Shown here one piece after another: positions 13,204 to 25,400 of a stretch of 64,000 nucleotides of DNA. The notes below the pieces were generated by a model, which made no database searches, had not been told where the DNA came from, and was given only the letters and a program-made list of their open reading frames with translations. A program made the position numbers and the translations under genes. The DNA comes from Mobula hypostoma (Eukaryota): assembly GCF_963921235.1 (NCBI RefSeq), contig NC_086097.1:66528001-66592000 (forward strand). Direction: 5' to 3'. Numbering within the stretch: the stretch's first letter is position 1; the number at the start of each line of letters is the position of its first letter.

Positions 13204-13859
13204 AGGGCAAGTGTGATGGTCAATTGCTTCCTCTTCTGACTGAGAAACAAGAGCAGGTTCTTAAATCTAAGAATCCAGGCCACTGTCTTCCTCAACAGGT
13301 CCAAGACAAGAAGTGATGGTTTCTATATGTTATTGCATCCACCTCTTCTTCAGTCTGCATAGCACTCACTGTAACAGTACTCTTGACTTCCAGATCATCT
13401 AGCAGGAGTTCTCCACAACAATCAGAAATATTTCTTCTTAAGCTGAAGATGATATTAAGGCCCTGACACCCATGTCTTATTCTTCAGGAATGTTTCCACC
13501 TTCAACCCTCTAGAGGCCACATTTGCCAGATTGCTTGAAGTATTTACATACCTCCATTGAGAAGCCTGTGAGATCTTAAGAATTTCTGAAACCCTGTTTG
13601 CAACAAAGGTTCAGAACCTGGAAGTTTTCTTCTTAATATACTTCAGTACAGAAGTAATATCAGTCCAAAAAACTGAGTAATGAAGCTGCATGTGTAATTC
13701 CTTCCTCCACAATGTGTTTACTTTGTGAGTCAAAAACCAGCCTTAGCACAGATGAATACAAGGTCATGATTGTGAGACACCACTTTTCCCCCAGAGGATA
13801 CGGACACAAGGCAATCATAACATAAGAAGCAATGCAAAACCTAATCAACAGGAATTCTG

Positions 13860-14737
13860 GGAATGGTTACTGCCGGTGGAAAGGGCTAGTAGTCCTACTT
13901 CCTCCCTATGGGGAATCGTGATTTCCGGTGGAATGGGATGTCAAATTTGTCTTGGCGTTGGATTGTTCTTAACGGAGATCGTGAGCTTAAGTCAGACCAT
14001 ATGACATGCACCATGACTAAGAACACGGTGATGGGTCATTGTCGTGAATTTTACTCTGTGTGCCTGTCTTCACTGAACATACCCGGACAGGCCAGGATAC
14101 GCCAGGAAGCTATGGCACTTTATAATAGCAACTAGTCACAACATATTTCTTACCCGACTGTTGCTCCTTTCCTCTAGCCGTCCATGAATGTTTGCAAGAC
14201 ATCAATTGTCAGCCGGATCGTTAAACTGCAAATGTTTCTTGCAAACATCTTGTGACCCTTCGAGCTGATCAAATTCAGCAGCCTTTCATTTTCCTCTGTC
14301 CAGAGACCTCTCGCTCCAACCACGAAACCATAGTACTCTACTGACTGTGCACCTGTAAGCTCTTTAATCTGGCGTGTGAGATGTTTATATTTCTCCTCCT
14401 TCTCCTTCCACGCCTTTTCTAGGGACCGATGGTTGTCCTCGTATCTGATGGTCACGTCGACTACAGCCGCTTTCCCTCTCTTAACAAAGATTAGGTCCGG
14501 CTTCCATAGCGATCCGTCCTCTGTTCTTATATGAGGTTCGACGTACGCATCCCATCCATGCTTGCAGGCTTGGTTTTTCAGTCTTTCAGCCACCTTGTCG
14601 TGCCTCTTAATCCGGCTCCTTTTCACATCTACCGGAGATGTGGGCCAGGGTCTCGTTGGCTATACCACATCTCCTACAGGTTTTTACTCGATCTTTGTCT
14701 CCTTTATTTCTTGTACAACGTGTCGGATACTGTCTGT
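13860..14737 (-). mobile_element. R2-type non-LTR retrotransposon 3' fragment (CCHC finger, restriction-like endonuclease, 3' UTR)
   Basis: YPTR..CRRCGIANETLAHISGRC, then ORF 14174-14626 with RIKRH..EPHIR..KPDLIFVK..VVDVTIRYE..EKYKHL..GARGLW, typical of the R2 endonuclease domain. Confidence 0.88.
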
Positions 14738-14988
14738 GGACCTCCTGTCCCATGATCCTCTCGTATCCCCTTTTGCCTATCACCTGTCCAGCTCTCAGCT
14801 CTATCCCTCCCCCTCCTGTCTTCTCCTATCATTTTACATCTCCCCCTCCCCCTCCAGCTTTCAAATCCCTTACTCACTCTTCCTTCAGTTAGTCCTGACG
14901 AAGGGTCTCGGCCTGAAACGTCGACTGCGCCTCTTCCTATAGATGCTGCTTGGCCTGCTGCGTTCACCAGCAACTTTGATGTATGTTG
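14738..14988 (+). mobile_element. PLE pLTR arm joined in inverted orientation to the R2 fragment
   Basis: Nearly identical to 4966-5216; contains an intact hammerhead at 14891-14926. Confidence 0.9.
14891..14926 (+). ncRNA. Minimal type I hammerhead ribozyme, intact core
   Basis: Same 36-nt motif as 13110-13145. Confidence 0.85.
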
Positions 14989-15869
14989 TGTTACGAGAAT
15001 ACACATAAAATTAAGATGTTTGCTGGCCTGGGCTAGCATCAGTGGCATCAGCAGTTGGTCTGCCACCTGCCCTCAGGGGAAGGAGAGATAAGGAACAATG
15101 GAGCAGCGTCTGGAGATGTGTAATGAAGGGATGTGGGAGGAAGAGCTGTCTGGAGCGGCTCCCCCCTTTGAACCCTGAACTGTTTGAAGTGATGGACAGG
15201 CGATACCCCAGCAGGGGGATAAAAAGGGACAGGTTCGCTAAGACAGACACACACGCCACCCGAGGTAACGAGACCCTGGAAGCGGTGCGCTTCTCACGAG
15301 TGGGTGAGAAGTCCCAGACAACGACAAGGGTGGAAAGGTACGATCAGCGGGAACCCGGTGTGTGTCCGCCCTTGCCTGGGTGCCGGGTTCACTGCAGAGG
15401 ATCGACCGCATCTGGAGGAGGGGTCACAGTCGGTGACCTCAGGTGACATCACCAAGGACCCGCCCAAAAGGCTGTTTGTGAGCCATCTCGCTGGTCTGTG
15501 AGCCATCTTGCTGGTCTGTGAGTGAAGCCGTTCTGAATGATGAGTTGTTCCTATTCTATCTCTCTCTTCCCCCACGTTGTCCACCGCCATGGCAACGATT
15601 ACTGCGAACTGAACTACTGAACTGGACTGAACTTTGAGTCATTTTGAAATTGGTCATTTACCCCTAGACAACGATAGAGCTTGATTGATGCTGTTATCTT
15701 AATTCTGTGCACATGTGTGTTTATCATCACTGAACTGTTGCATTTATTATCCTTTCGATTACTGTGTTGCTTGTTTCTTTAATAAAACTTTCTTAGTTCT
15801 AGTACTCCAGACTCCAACTGAGTGATCCATTTCTGCTGGTTTGGCAACCCAGTTACGGGGTACGTAACA
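14989..15869 (+). mobile_element. Solo LTR (Gypsy/ERV-like)
   Basis: TGTTACG..CGTAACA termini; 4-bp TSD gttg at 14985-14988 and 15870-15873; AATAAA at 15781. Confidence 0.85.
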
Positions 15870-15900
15870 GTTGCAAAACCTAATCCAATGTCTCTCAGCT

Positions 15901-15979
15901 TAATTGTTCTTCATAGAACAATTAAGAACAATTGTTCTTCATAGAACAATTAAGAACAATTGTTCTTCATAGAACAATT
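15901..15979. repeat. 28-bp tandem repeat, about 2.7 copies, with internal palindrome
   Basis: Unit aattgttcttcatagaacaattaagaac. Confidence 0.85.
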
Positions 15980-16404
15980 GGCAAAGCTTGGTGATAACGT
16001 TGATCCAAACACATGTACTACTATTTTAAAGTCCACCATATCTTGGTTGAGGTCACCATCAGCCCACCAGAGAAACCTCAGCAGATCTTCATCTTCCACT
16101 AGTACTTTAACCAGATGAAACATTGATTCAATATCTGCCATTATCACCCTGGATTTTTCTGAATCTGGTCATGACTCCAATCAGTGAGCTAGTAAGATGT
16201 GGTCCCTGAAAGAGCAGAGGCATAATGAGTGATTTTTTTTTTTTTTTTTTTGAAAAGTTGCTCCACAGTTCTACTCAATACGAAGTTCCTATTTTCTGGG
16301 GTGGTAAACACTATGGTGTGGATATACTTGACTTTCCGATTACTGTGTTCCAGATCCTCTGCAGGCACTCTTTTGACATATCTTCCAGAATAATCTTCCA
16401 GAAA

Positions 16405-18124
16405 TAAGGAGGACATAAATAATCTTCCAGAAATAGTAAGGGACAGAGGGTCCAGTGAGATGGAGGAACTGAGTGAAATACATGTTAGTAGGGAAGTGGT
16501 GTTAGGTAAATTGAAGGGATTGAAGGCAGATAAATCCCCAGGGCCAGATGGTCTGCATCCTAGAGTGCTTAAGGAAGTAGCCCAAGAAATAGTGGATGCA
16601 TTAGTGATAATTTTTCAAAACTCGTTAGATTCTGGACTAGCTCCTGAGGATTGGAGGGTGGCTAATGTAACCCCACTTTTTAAAAAAGGAGGGAGAGAGA
16701 AACCGGGGAATTATAGACCGGTTAGCCTAACGTCGGTGGTGGGGAAACTGCTGGAGTCAGTTATCAAGGATGTGATAACAGCACATTTGGAAAGCGGTGA
16801 AATGATCGGACAAAGTCAGCATGGATTTGTGAAAGGAAAATCATGTCTGACGAATCTCATAGAATTTTTTGAGGATGTAACTAGTAGAGTGGATAGGGGA
16901 GAACCAGTGGATGTGGTATATTTGGATTTTCAAAAGGCTTTTGACAAGGTCCCACACAGGAGATTAGTGTGCAAACTTAAAGCACACGGTATTGGGGGTA
17001 AGGTATTGGTGTGGGTGGAGAATTGGTTAGCAGACAGGAAGCAAAGAGTGGGAATAAACGGGACCTTTTCAGAATGGCAGGCGGTGACTAGTGGGGTACC
17101 GCAAGGCTCAGTGCTGGGACCCCAGTTGTTTACAATATATATTAATGACTTGGATGAGGGAATTAAATGCAGCATCTCCAAGTTTGCGGATGACACAAAG
17201 CTGGGTGGCAGTGTTAGCAGTGAGGAGGATGCTAAGAGGATGCAGGGTGACTTGGATAGGTTGGGTGAGTGGGCAAACTCATGGCAGATGCAATTTAATG
17301 TGGATAAATGTGAAGTTATCCACTTTGGTGGCAAAAATAGGAAAACAGATTATTATCTGAATTGTGGCCGATTAGGAAAAGGGGAGGTGCAACGAGACCT
17401 GGGTGTCATTATACACCAGTCATTGAAAGTGGGCATGCAGGTACAGCAGGCGGTGAAAAAGGCGAATGGTATGCTGGCATTTATAGCGAGAGGATTCGAG
17501 TACAGGAGCAGGGAGGTACTACTGCAGTTGTACAAGGCCTTGGTGAGACCACACCTGGAGTATTGTGTGCAGTTTTGGTCCCCTAATCTGAGGAAAGACA
17601 TCTTTGCCATAGAGGGAGTACAAAGAAGGTTCACCAGATTGATTCCTGGGATGGCAGGACTTTCATATGAAGAAAGACTGAATGAACTGGGCTTGTACTC
17701 GTTGGAATTTAGAAGATTGAGGGGGGATCTGATTGAAACGTATAAGATCCTAAAGGGATTGGACAGGCTAGATGCAGGAAGATTGTTCCCGATGTTGGGG
17801 AAGTCCAGAACGAGGGGTCACAGTTTGAGGATAGAGGGGAAGCCTTTTAGGACCGAGATTAGGAAAAACTTCTTTACACAGAGAGTGGTGAATCTGTGGA
17901 ATTCTCTGCCACAGGAAACTGTTGAGGCCAGTTCACTGGCTATATTTAAGAGGGAGTTAGATATGGCCCTTGTGGCTACAGGGGTTAGGGGGTATGGAGG
18001 GAAGGCTGGGGCGGGGTTCTGAGTTGGATGATCAGCCATGATCATAATAAATGGCGGTGCAGGCTCGAAGGGCCGAATGGCCTACTCCTGCACCTATTTT
18101 CTATGTTTCTATGTATGTTTCTAT
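16405..18124 (+). mobile_element. Young 5'-truncated CR1 LINE
   Basis: Uninterrupted RT ORF, 3' UTR and (ttctatgt)n tail. Confidence 0.92.
16460..18022 (+). CDS. CR1 ORF2 reverse transcriptase and C-terminal region (open frame, endonuclease missing)
   Basis: 520-aa ORF with [32 protein letters not shown] and KFADDTK. Confidence 0.85.
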   Translation: MEELSEIHVSREVVLGKLKGLKADKSPGPDGLHPRVLKEVAQEIVDALVIIFQNSLDSGLAPEDWRVANVTPLFKKGGREKPGNYRPVSLTSVVGKLLESVIKDVITAHLESGEMIGQSQHGFVKGKSCLTNLIEFFEDVTSRVDRGEPVDVVYLDFQKAFDKVPHRRLVCKLKAHGIGGKVLVWVENWLADRKQRVGINGTFSEWQAVTSGVPQGSVLGPQLFTIYINDLDEGIKCSISKFADDTKLGGSVSSEEDAKRMQGDLDRLGEWANSWQMQFNVDKCEVIHFGGKNRKTDYYLNCGRLGKGEVQRDLGVIIHQSLKVGMQVQQAVKKANGMLAFIARGFEYRSREVLLQLYKALVRPHLEYCVQFWSPNLRKDIFAIEGVQRRFTRLIPGMAGLSYEERLNELGLYSLEFRRLRGDLIETYKILKGLDRLDAGRLFPMLGKSRTRGHSLRIEGKPFRTEIRKNFFTQRVVNLWNSLPQETVEASSLAIFKRELDMALVATGVRGYGGKAGAGF

Positions 18125-19428
18125 ATCCTTTGAAGATGGTTTCTTGCTGTACTTCACTATGACATCCTTCATGGAAGCTGTGTAGTCAGTGTGAAATGAC
18201 AAATCCCTCTTAAACCTCTTCCTTAGATTTAAAGCATGCTGTTCTGCCATATTCCTATTATTTGATATGTATTTCACTTCTAATGTAATGGTCTTTCTGT
18301 AGCAGCGGCGTATGGATTATGGTTAGAGATAACATATGCTTTGGAATGTGAGCCATCCAATCACAGTAGCAGGTTCTTTGTGTTGAGCCAGGGACACTGG
18401 TGTGAGCTGGAGTTCTATGTGCAGTAGGAGATGAAGAGAAGAAACACTGGTAAGAACCGGTCATAAGATTTGACCCGGCGGGGGACTGTGATCCAATGGA
18501 GCCAAGGAAACCAGCAGGATTTCACATGTTAACTTCCTTCTTTCTGAAAGGTAAACTAATCTGGTAGTGGCCATCAAGCAGTTTTGCAGGATTTGCAACC
18601 AACTCCATGAACTTGTGGTCTTCTCTTGATAAACCAGTTTGTTCATCCTGACTACATTCAGGGAAATGTGCCTTGAACTGCTGCCGCCAAAGCTCAACCA
18701 AGTTCAAAACTGAGAACCTCTAAACTGTCAGCTCTGGCTATGCATAGTCTCTTCCATCACTATTGTATCCTTTCAGTGATCCATTCACAGTCCATCCCAA
18801 GATTGTTTTAATTGCATAGTGGCCATCATTAACAGTACAAATCATTGGCAATGGCTCGAATGCCTCAGGCACATTTTTTTTCCTATCAGCAGCTCAATTT
18901 CTGAATCAGTCTCTGGCAAATGGAAATATTTTCAGGTGAGACCATCCCTGGAGATCCCTGTGTTGTGAAATATTCATTCTCTGGACAGGCATACATACTT
19001 TGTGTACAGAAGCAAACTAGTTCACAGTAATTTTCACCATCTATGCTAACCACTTCCAATCCTGATAGAGTGTAGCTACTCACAACCTTTTCTTGACCCA
19101 TGGTACATAAGAAAATGCATTTCCTTTTTCTGATGATGTTAAGCTTGTTTATTTGGTCCACTGTGCAGAAAACTGTGATAATCCCTTGATCTAAGAAAGT
19201 ATGAGTAACCACTCTCTTGTTACCCTTCTTCGACTTCACTTGTACTGGATCTAAGGGAAGTTTACAATCATGATTGCCAGGCTTGTAAGGCCACTGGATA
19301 GCAGCACACTGCCCACTGCTGTGTCTGATTCTGCTCCCCTTTCCTTTGAGTGAATGTGATGTAGGCTGGGATGTTTTAAACTGCATACCTTGTATGAAAG
19401 ACACATCCTGCAACCTTTGCTGATGTGT

Positions 19429-19670
19429 CATAGATAAGTACAGCAGAGAAACAGACCCTTCAGCTCATCTAATCCATGCCAAAACCATCTAAGCTGTCTA
19501 CTCCCATCAACCTGCACCGGGAGCATAGCTCTCCATACCCCTACTATCGATGTACTTATCCAAACTTCTCTTAAACATTGAAGTCGAGCTTGCAGGCACC
19601 ACTTGTGCTGGAAGCTTATTCCATGCTCTCATGACCCTCTGAGTAAAGAAGCTTCCCCTCACGTTCCCCT
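19429..19670 (-). mobile_element. CR1 3' fragment
   Basis: RGSFFTQRVMRAWNKLP peptide and CR1 tail. Confidence 0.75.
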
Positions 19671-21926
19671 CAGTTTCTTTATAACAGTCAACATATTGAC
19701 AGGCATGCACAGCTCACGCATGTACTGACTGCTCTTCTTCCATGGCATTGCAACAACCTCCAAGAAAAAGACTGTAATCTTGAAAAGCTTTCATGTCTTC
19801 AGATTTGCTGGATACCCTTGAAGAAGCCTTTCCCAAGTGCAATTTTGTGTTTAATACCAAAATGTTTCTGTAGTAAAGCCTTAGCGTTGACATATCCTCT
19901 CTTAGGGTTAACATGCTGGTAATTTCTAACAAATTCCCTAGGGTGATTCTTAGTGTACGAGGAGGTCACTCTAGGAAATAAAGGCAGTCACTATGGCTGT
20001 CAGTCTTACATTCAAAACTGCTTTCAAAGCCCTTCATGAATGTATGATACTGCAATGGATCACCTTTGAAGATCTATATCTCTCTTTTAAGCAAAGATGA
20101 AAGGTGTTGTGCCAATAAGGTTGTTGTTTGATTTTGCTTCTTCATAATATCAAAAATTCTGTTTCAGTCTCTACTGTCTGAAACAAGAGTGTTTCCATTC
20201 TGTAAGTGAATGTCCCCATTGAGCTGCTGGACGTGACACAGGTTCAGGGTGCCTCAATAGTGCAGGCAAAGAGTGAACACACGGAACTACCTCTTGGGGG
20301 TTTTGTTCATGTTTCCCAGTCACTTGAGGAGCAAATAAATCAGCATTGACATTGAGTGTTTTTGTTTTTCTTTGTGCCTTTTCAATATAGGAATCCATGC
20401 CATTGGACTGTCCTATTGTAGCACTTTTAGCACTCGACACACTTGAAGCCCTTAGCATATTAACTTTGGCCATACATGCAGCAATGTCTTCCTCCAACTT
20501 CAGCTGTTCCTCCTTTTTGCATAGCTGTTCCTCTTGTTCTTCCAGCTTCAACTTAACCTGTTCCTTCCTTTTCCGTAGCTATTCCTTACTCTTCCAGTGC
20601 ATGTTTGTCCTTCAACTTAAGCTGTTCCTTCCTTTTCCATAGCTATTCCTCTTGCTCTACCAGTGCATGTTTGTCCTACAATAATCATTGACATGCCATT
20701 AACACAGCTACATCAGCCTCTACTTTAGTGTGTTCAGAGGAGGTAGTTGATACAGAAGATGTTCTTCCTGTAGCAGAGCTCTGTAAGCTAGTTCTTCTGC
20801 TTTCAACATTTGACACTCTGTCACTTGGTTTTACATCATCTTGTATGTCATCTGTTATATCCAGAGTCATAACTTAAGAAACATCATCTATTGGAAGGAA
20901 AGGCAGGTCTTCATTTAGTACAGCAACATCAGATTGAACATGGCCATCAATGTGAAATGTTTGAACCAACCATTGTTTCACATCCTCTTTGAATGTTCTG
21001 CTGTGTTTATTAATGCTTGTTAAACTATTCATTTTGTTTTTCTTGGTCATTCTTGGGAAGTAAAGGAGTCACTGCGTGATGTAGCTTAGTGGCAGCTTCA
21101 TAAAAGTTAGTCAAGTTTTCAAAATGAGATTGTACCTGTGAGATATTTTCTGTATTTTTCATAAGATCCTTAATTAATAGCATTGAATCTTTTGTTCACC
21201 TTTGTTTCACATTCCTTCTGAAGATGTTCAATTTATTCACCAAAGCTTTGGTAGTGAGTTTAACTTCTCCTTTGCCAGCTTCCATTTCGGAGTCACTGGC
21301 GTCAGTCCCATCCTTTGATGCATTCATGTTGCTCTCTTCATATTGCAGAATTTACAATTCACAGCATATTTGCAAAACGCACTGGTGATATTCGATTGAA
21401 TCAACACAGGCAACAAACAAACTATTTGCTCATCCACAGTACACCAATCAAACCAAACAGAAAGCTTTCAGTTCAACTGTCAGCAACTGGGACAACATTT
21501 CAGCACTTACGGATTTTGTAAATCACACAACAAACCAGGGTTTTAAGCTCTTCAACAAGACAGATCAACAAACCATCAGGCTGACACTACATGATCGAGC
21601 AACAGTCCCCAATGGCTAGGCAGCACTGACCACTCAGACTGTGTGCAATCCACAAATACACAGCATGAATCAACACAAAGCCATAGGTAGGCTTACCACT
21701 TCAGCTGCTCACGTTGCTGACATGCCTTCTCGGTGTTTTGATAGTAGTTATCACAGATGGCTGGCTGGCCTTTCTTTGCATTCCTTTCTGTTGGAATTCT
21801 TTATTCACCAGCAGGTCTGAGCAATCCGCTTTCGTTCAGAATGTGAAACATTGTGCGAAGTAGTTTGTGCTGATGGCTTTGCCATAAACTGTTATTTGTT
21901 TGGTATAAAAATTTTTGTTGACAAAA

Positions 21927-22364
21927 TATAGTGACTACTTGAAAACAAAATAAAAGTCACTCAGAGGCTAAGAGAGGAAGTATCACACTGTATTATGCAC
22001 TTCCAACTAACAAATCCAAGTCAATAAAGTACAAACGTGTACATTCAATCCTTTATTACAAACCAGTAAAATCATTTGGCTCTTCCGTAATTCATTTTCA
22101 ACAAAAGTGAACGAGACGAGTGTAATTGGATCAAATTCAAACCAGGAAAAGTGGTCAAAGATGCTCAGTCAACGAAACATGTACATACTATTTACCCCCA
22201 CTCTATGCTGTCATGCAAGTCAACAGTTGATGATATTCATTTATTTCTACCACCACCCAATGCTGCACTGCCCACTGACTGTCAGCCAAACCCTTGTGAC
22301 AGAGTGAGGATGCTCAACACAAATACAATTCAGGCAGACAATAAGTAGATACATGACTCCTACA
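21927..22364 (-). repeat. BEL/Pao 5' LTR
   Basis: Aligns with 5865-6238 plus 10833-10896; ends ctaca followed by TSD gatat. Confidence 0.82.
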
Positions 22365-22448
22365 GATATGCATTGGGAAATATCACAGATGATTTTTATG
22401 AATGCAATGTACCATTTATTGTTTGGTGTATTTTATGAAAATAATGGG

Positions 22449-25400
22449 GAGAGAACTTCCGGGTCACCAAGAGAATGACAGCGTAGGAAAAGGTCTTTCG
22501 ACAAAAAAGAACATAAACTACCCCAAAGTTGAAATTAGACCAATATTTAGTATTGTATAACTATATCAATAAAAGGGACAAGGATGGAGTCTAACTACAA
22601 GAATAAAAAGTCCGCTCGGAGGGCTGATAAATATAAAAAGACGCAGCAAGACGAGGGGCCTAGCTCCCCCATGACTAGCCAGGACAGAGATAATGTGGAA
22701 GAATCAGTGAATCTGACTTTGATTCTTAGAGAGATTCGTGATTTCTGACAAGATATCAACAAACAGCTGAAAGATACTAAAGGAGAAATAGGAACAACTA
22801 ATCTGAGGTTAGATGAAGCTGAAGCGAGGATTGTAGGGACTGAGGAGAGGCTGCAAAACGCAGAGGAAGTGACAGGAGAAATGCTGAAGCTACAAGAGCA
22901 GCTCCAGTGGAAGCTAATAGACAAGAAGGGAAAATGTGAGGATCTGTGGAGTTCCCGAAGGAGCTGAAGGTAAACCCGGATTGGTGATGCCCTTCGTGGA
23001 GAAGCTGCTTAGAGAGAACCTTGAAATACCAGACTCAAAAGACCTACAGATAGAAAGGGCCCACCGCGCGTTGGCACCACAACCCCCGGCAGATGCCCAG
23101 CCCAGATGGATTTTAGTCAGATTTCTCAGTTACAGAACGAAGGAAGAAGTGCTTAAACTGGCATGGCAAAAGAAAGGCTTTATGTGGAACAACGTAAAAT
23201 CAGTTTAGACCAAGATTACGCACCGGGGATCCTTGCCAGATGGAAGGAATACGCGGAAACACGGAGGGTCCTGAAGGAAAACAACATCAGATTTCAGACC
23301 CTGTATCCAGCTGGGCTAAGAGTCTTTTATGACGAAGGGACAAAAACCTACGCTACAGTGGAAGAGGCAACGTTGGATCTGGCGGTTTGGGGACTACCCA
23401 TAAAAGTTATCACCCAACCGGAGTCGTTACTGGAGAAGATTCGGCGGTGAACATGGCAGCCAGTGCGGCGAGGACGCTCCACTCGAACCAGAGAGTCAAG
23501 CTATAAGGAAAAGCTGCAAGTATTCAGAAGCGAATGTACAGAGAGTGTAGAATAATTGAGAAATGTCCATAAAGAGTAAATCATACTTAAAGGTAAAATG
23601 AAAGCTGATAATTGAAAATAAACTAGATGGAGTAACGAATGATAGCAATATGGTGGAGACATAAAAAGGAGAGAATTCTCTGTAACTGTTCACACTGTGG
23701 AGGGCCCTCTAACACAGACTGGAGATAGGGGTTATCCTTCTGAACTGAGGCGGGTCGGTGCTCAGGCCTCACTGTTGGAAGTCGGGAAAAATTTCAAATG
23801 TTCTATGTTCAAAAATACCTAGGGTTTGGTTTTATGTTCTGGTTTACTGTTGAGAAGGGATTGCTTACTGTTGGTTCAGAAAAGGAGAGTGTTTTTTTTC
23901 TATTAGAGAAAAATGCAAATTGAACTGGTAAAAATAATTTCCTATAATGTACATGGGGTTTTGAATCCAACTAAGAGGAATAAGATTATGTCTAAATTGA
24001 AAAGGAGAGGGCACAAATAGCTTTCCTTCAGGAAACGTACATGAGCCAATCCGAACATGCAAAATTAAAAAGAACGGGCTTTAAGCATGTATTTTATTCA
24101 TCATATAAATTGGGCCACAAAAGAGGAGTAGCTACTTTAATATCAAGTGCTCTTAATTATGAACATATTTCAGAGACTAAAGACAAGGATGGACGATTTG
24201 TAAAAATTACAGGAAGAATAGAAGGTAAATGAAGTAACATTGTTGAATGTTTATGCTCCACCAGGTTGTGAATGGTCATTCTATAGACATATTTTTGACC
24301 TAATGGTCAGTTCTTAAAGGGTAGTAATCTGCGGAGGGTATTTTAATATTAGGTTAAACCCTGCATTAGGTTCTTCAAGAACAGTTATTCAGAATAAACC
24401 TCTGTCTAGGAAAGTGAATTCATTGATGGAGGAGCTGGGAATTATAGATGTGTTGAGGGAATTACACCCCACTAGTAAAAACTATATGCATTATTCTTTC
24501 CCTCATTCAGCTTATTCAAAGATAGACTTTTTTTTATATTTAACACAGATAGATTCAGGATAAAAGAGTGTCATATTGCAACAATTGATTTGTCCGACCA
24601 TAGTCCAGTCTCTATGTCTCAAATTCTGGAAAGGAAAATGAGGAAAACACTATGGAGGTTAAATTCCCATATACTCAATAACCTGAAAGTAATGGAGAAA
24701 TAAAGGGGAGAAATCAAAGAATACTTAGACCATAATGATACGGGAGAAACATCACCAGTGATCTTATGGGATACATTGAAAGCTGTACTGAGAGGGAAAA
24801 TTATTTCCATTACTACTCACATGAAAAAATTCAATGCACAAAAATTAGCAGACCTTAAGGAAAACTAAAACAACTTCAAGTTGTAGATAGCAACAAAATT
24901 AGTTCTAATTTAAAACAGGAAATTAAGAAAGTGCAAAGTGAAATTGGTGATATATACACATTGGAAACTCAAAGGAACTTTCTTTACCTGAGACAAAAGA
25001 ATTATGAAGTAGGAGGAAAATCAGCTAGATTATTAGCATATAAATTAGATAAACAACAAGCAGACAATACACTTCATAAAATAAAGAATCCAAAAACAAA
25101 GCTTGTGGAGAATACAATAGGAAAAATTCAAGAGAGTTTTGAAACATATTATCGAAAGCTGTACTCTCAACCTCGGGCCTCCAATGAGCCCTATATAGAC
25201 ACTTTCTTGAATTCGTTAGATCTACCCAAACTCACAGATTTAGAAAATGAAGGCCTATTAGAACCAGTAACTGCCAAAGAACAGAACGCGGCCATCTCTA
25301 GATTAAAGGCCGGAAAGTCTCCAGGCTCTGATGGGTTTACCTCAGAGTGGTAAAAATCGCTGAAGTCACAGTTAGTTCCATTATTACTTAACACCTTTAA

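Larger units (their letters stand above)
5865..22364 (-). mobile_element. BEL/Pao LTR retrotransposon, decayed, with many nested insertions
   Basis: 5-bp TSD GATAT at 5860-5864 and 22365-22369. Related LTRs. Pao-type peptides on the - strand (IMADIESMFH..LLRFLWW, FWTD, IIDDTAPHNSWIRGRV). Polypurine tract at 10897-10908. Confidence 0.88.
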
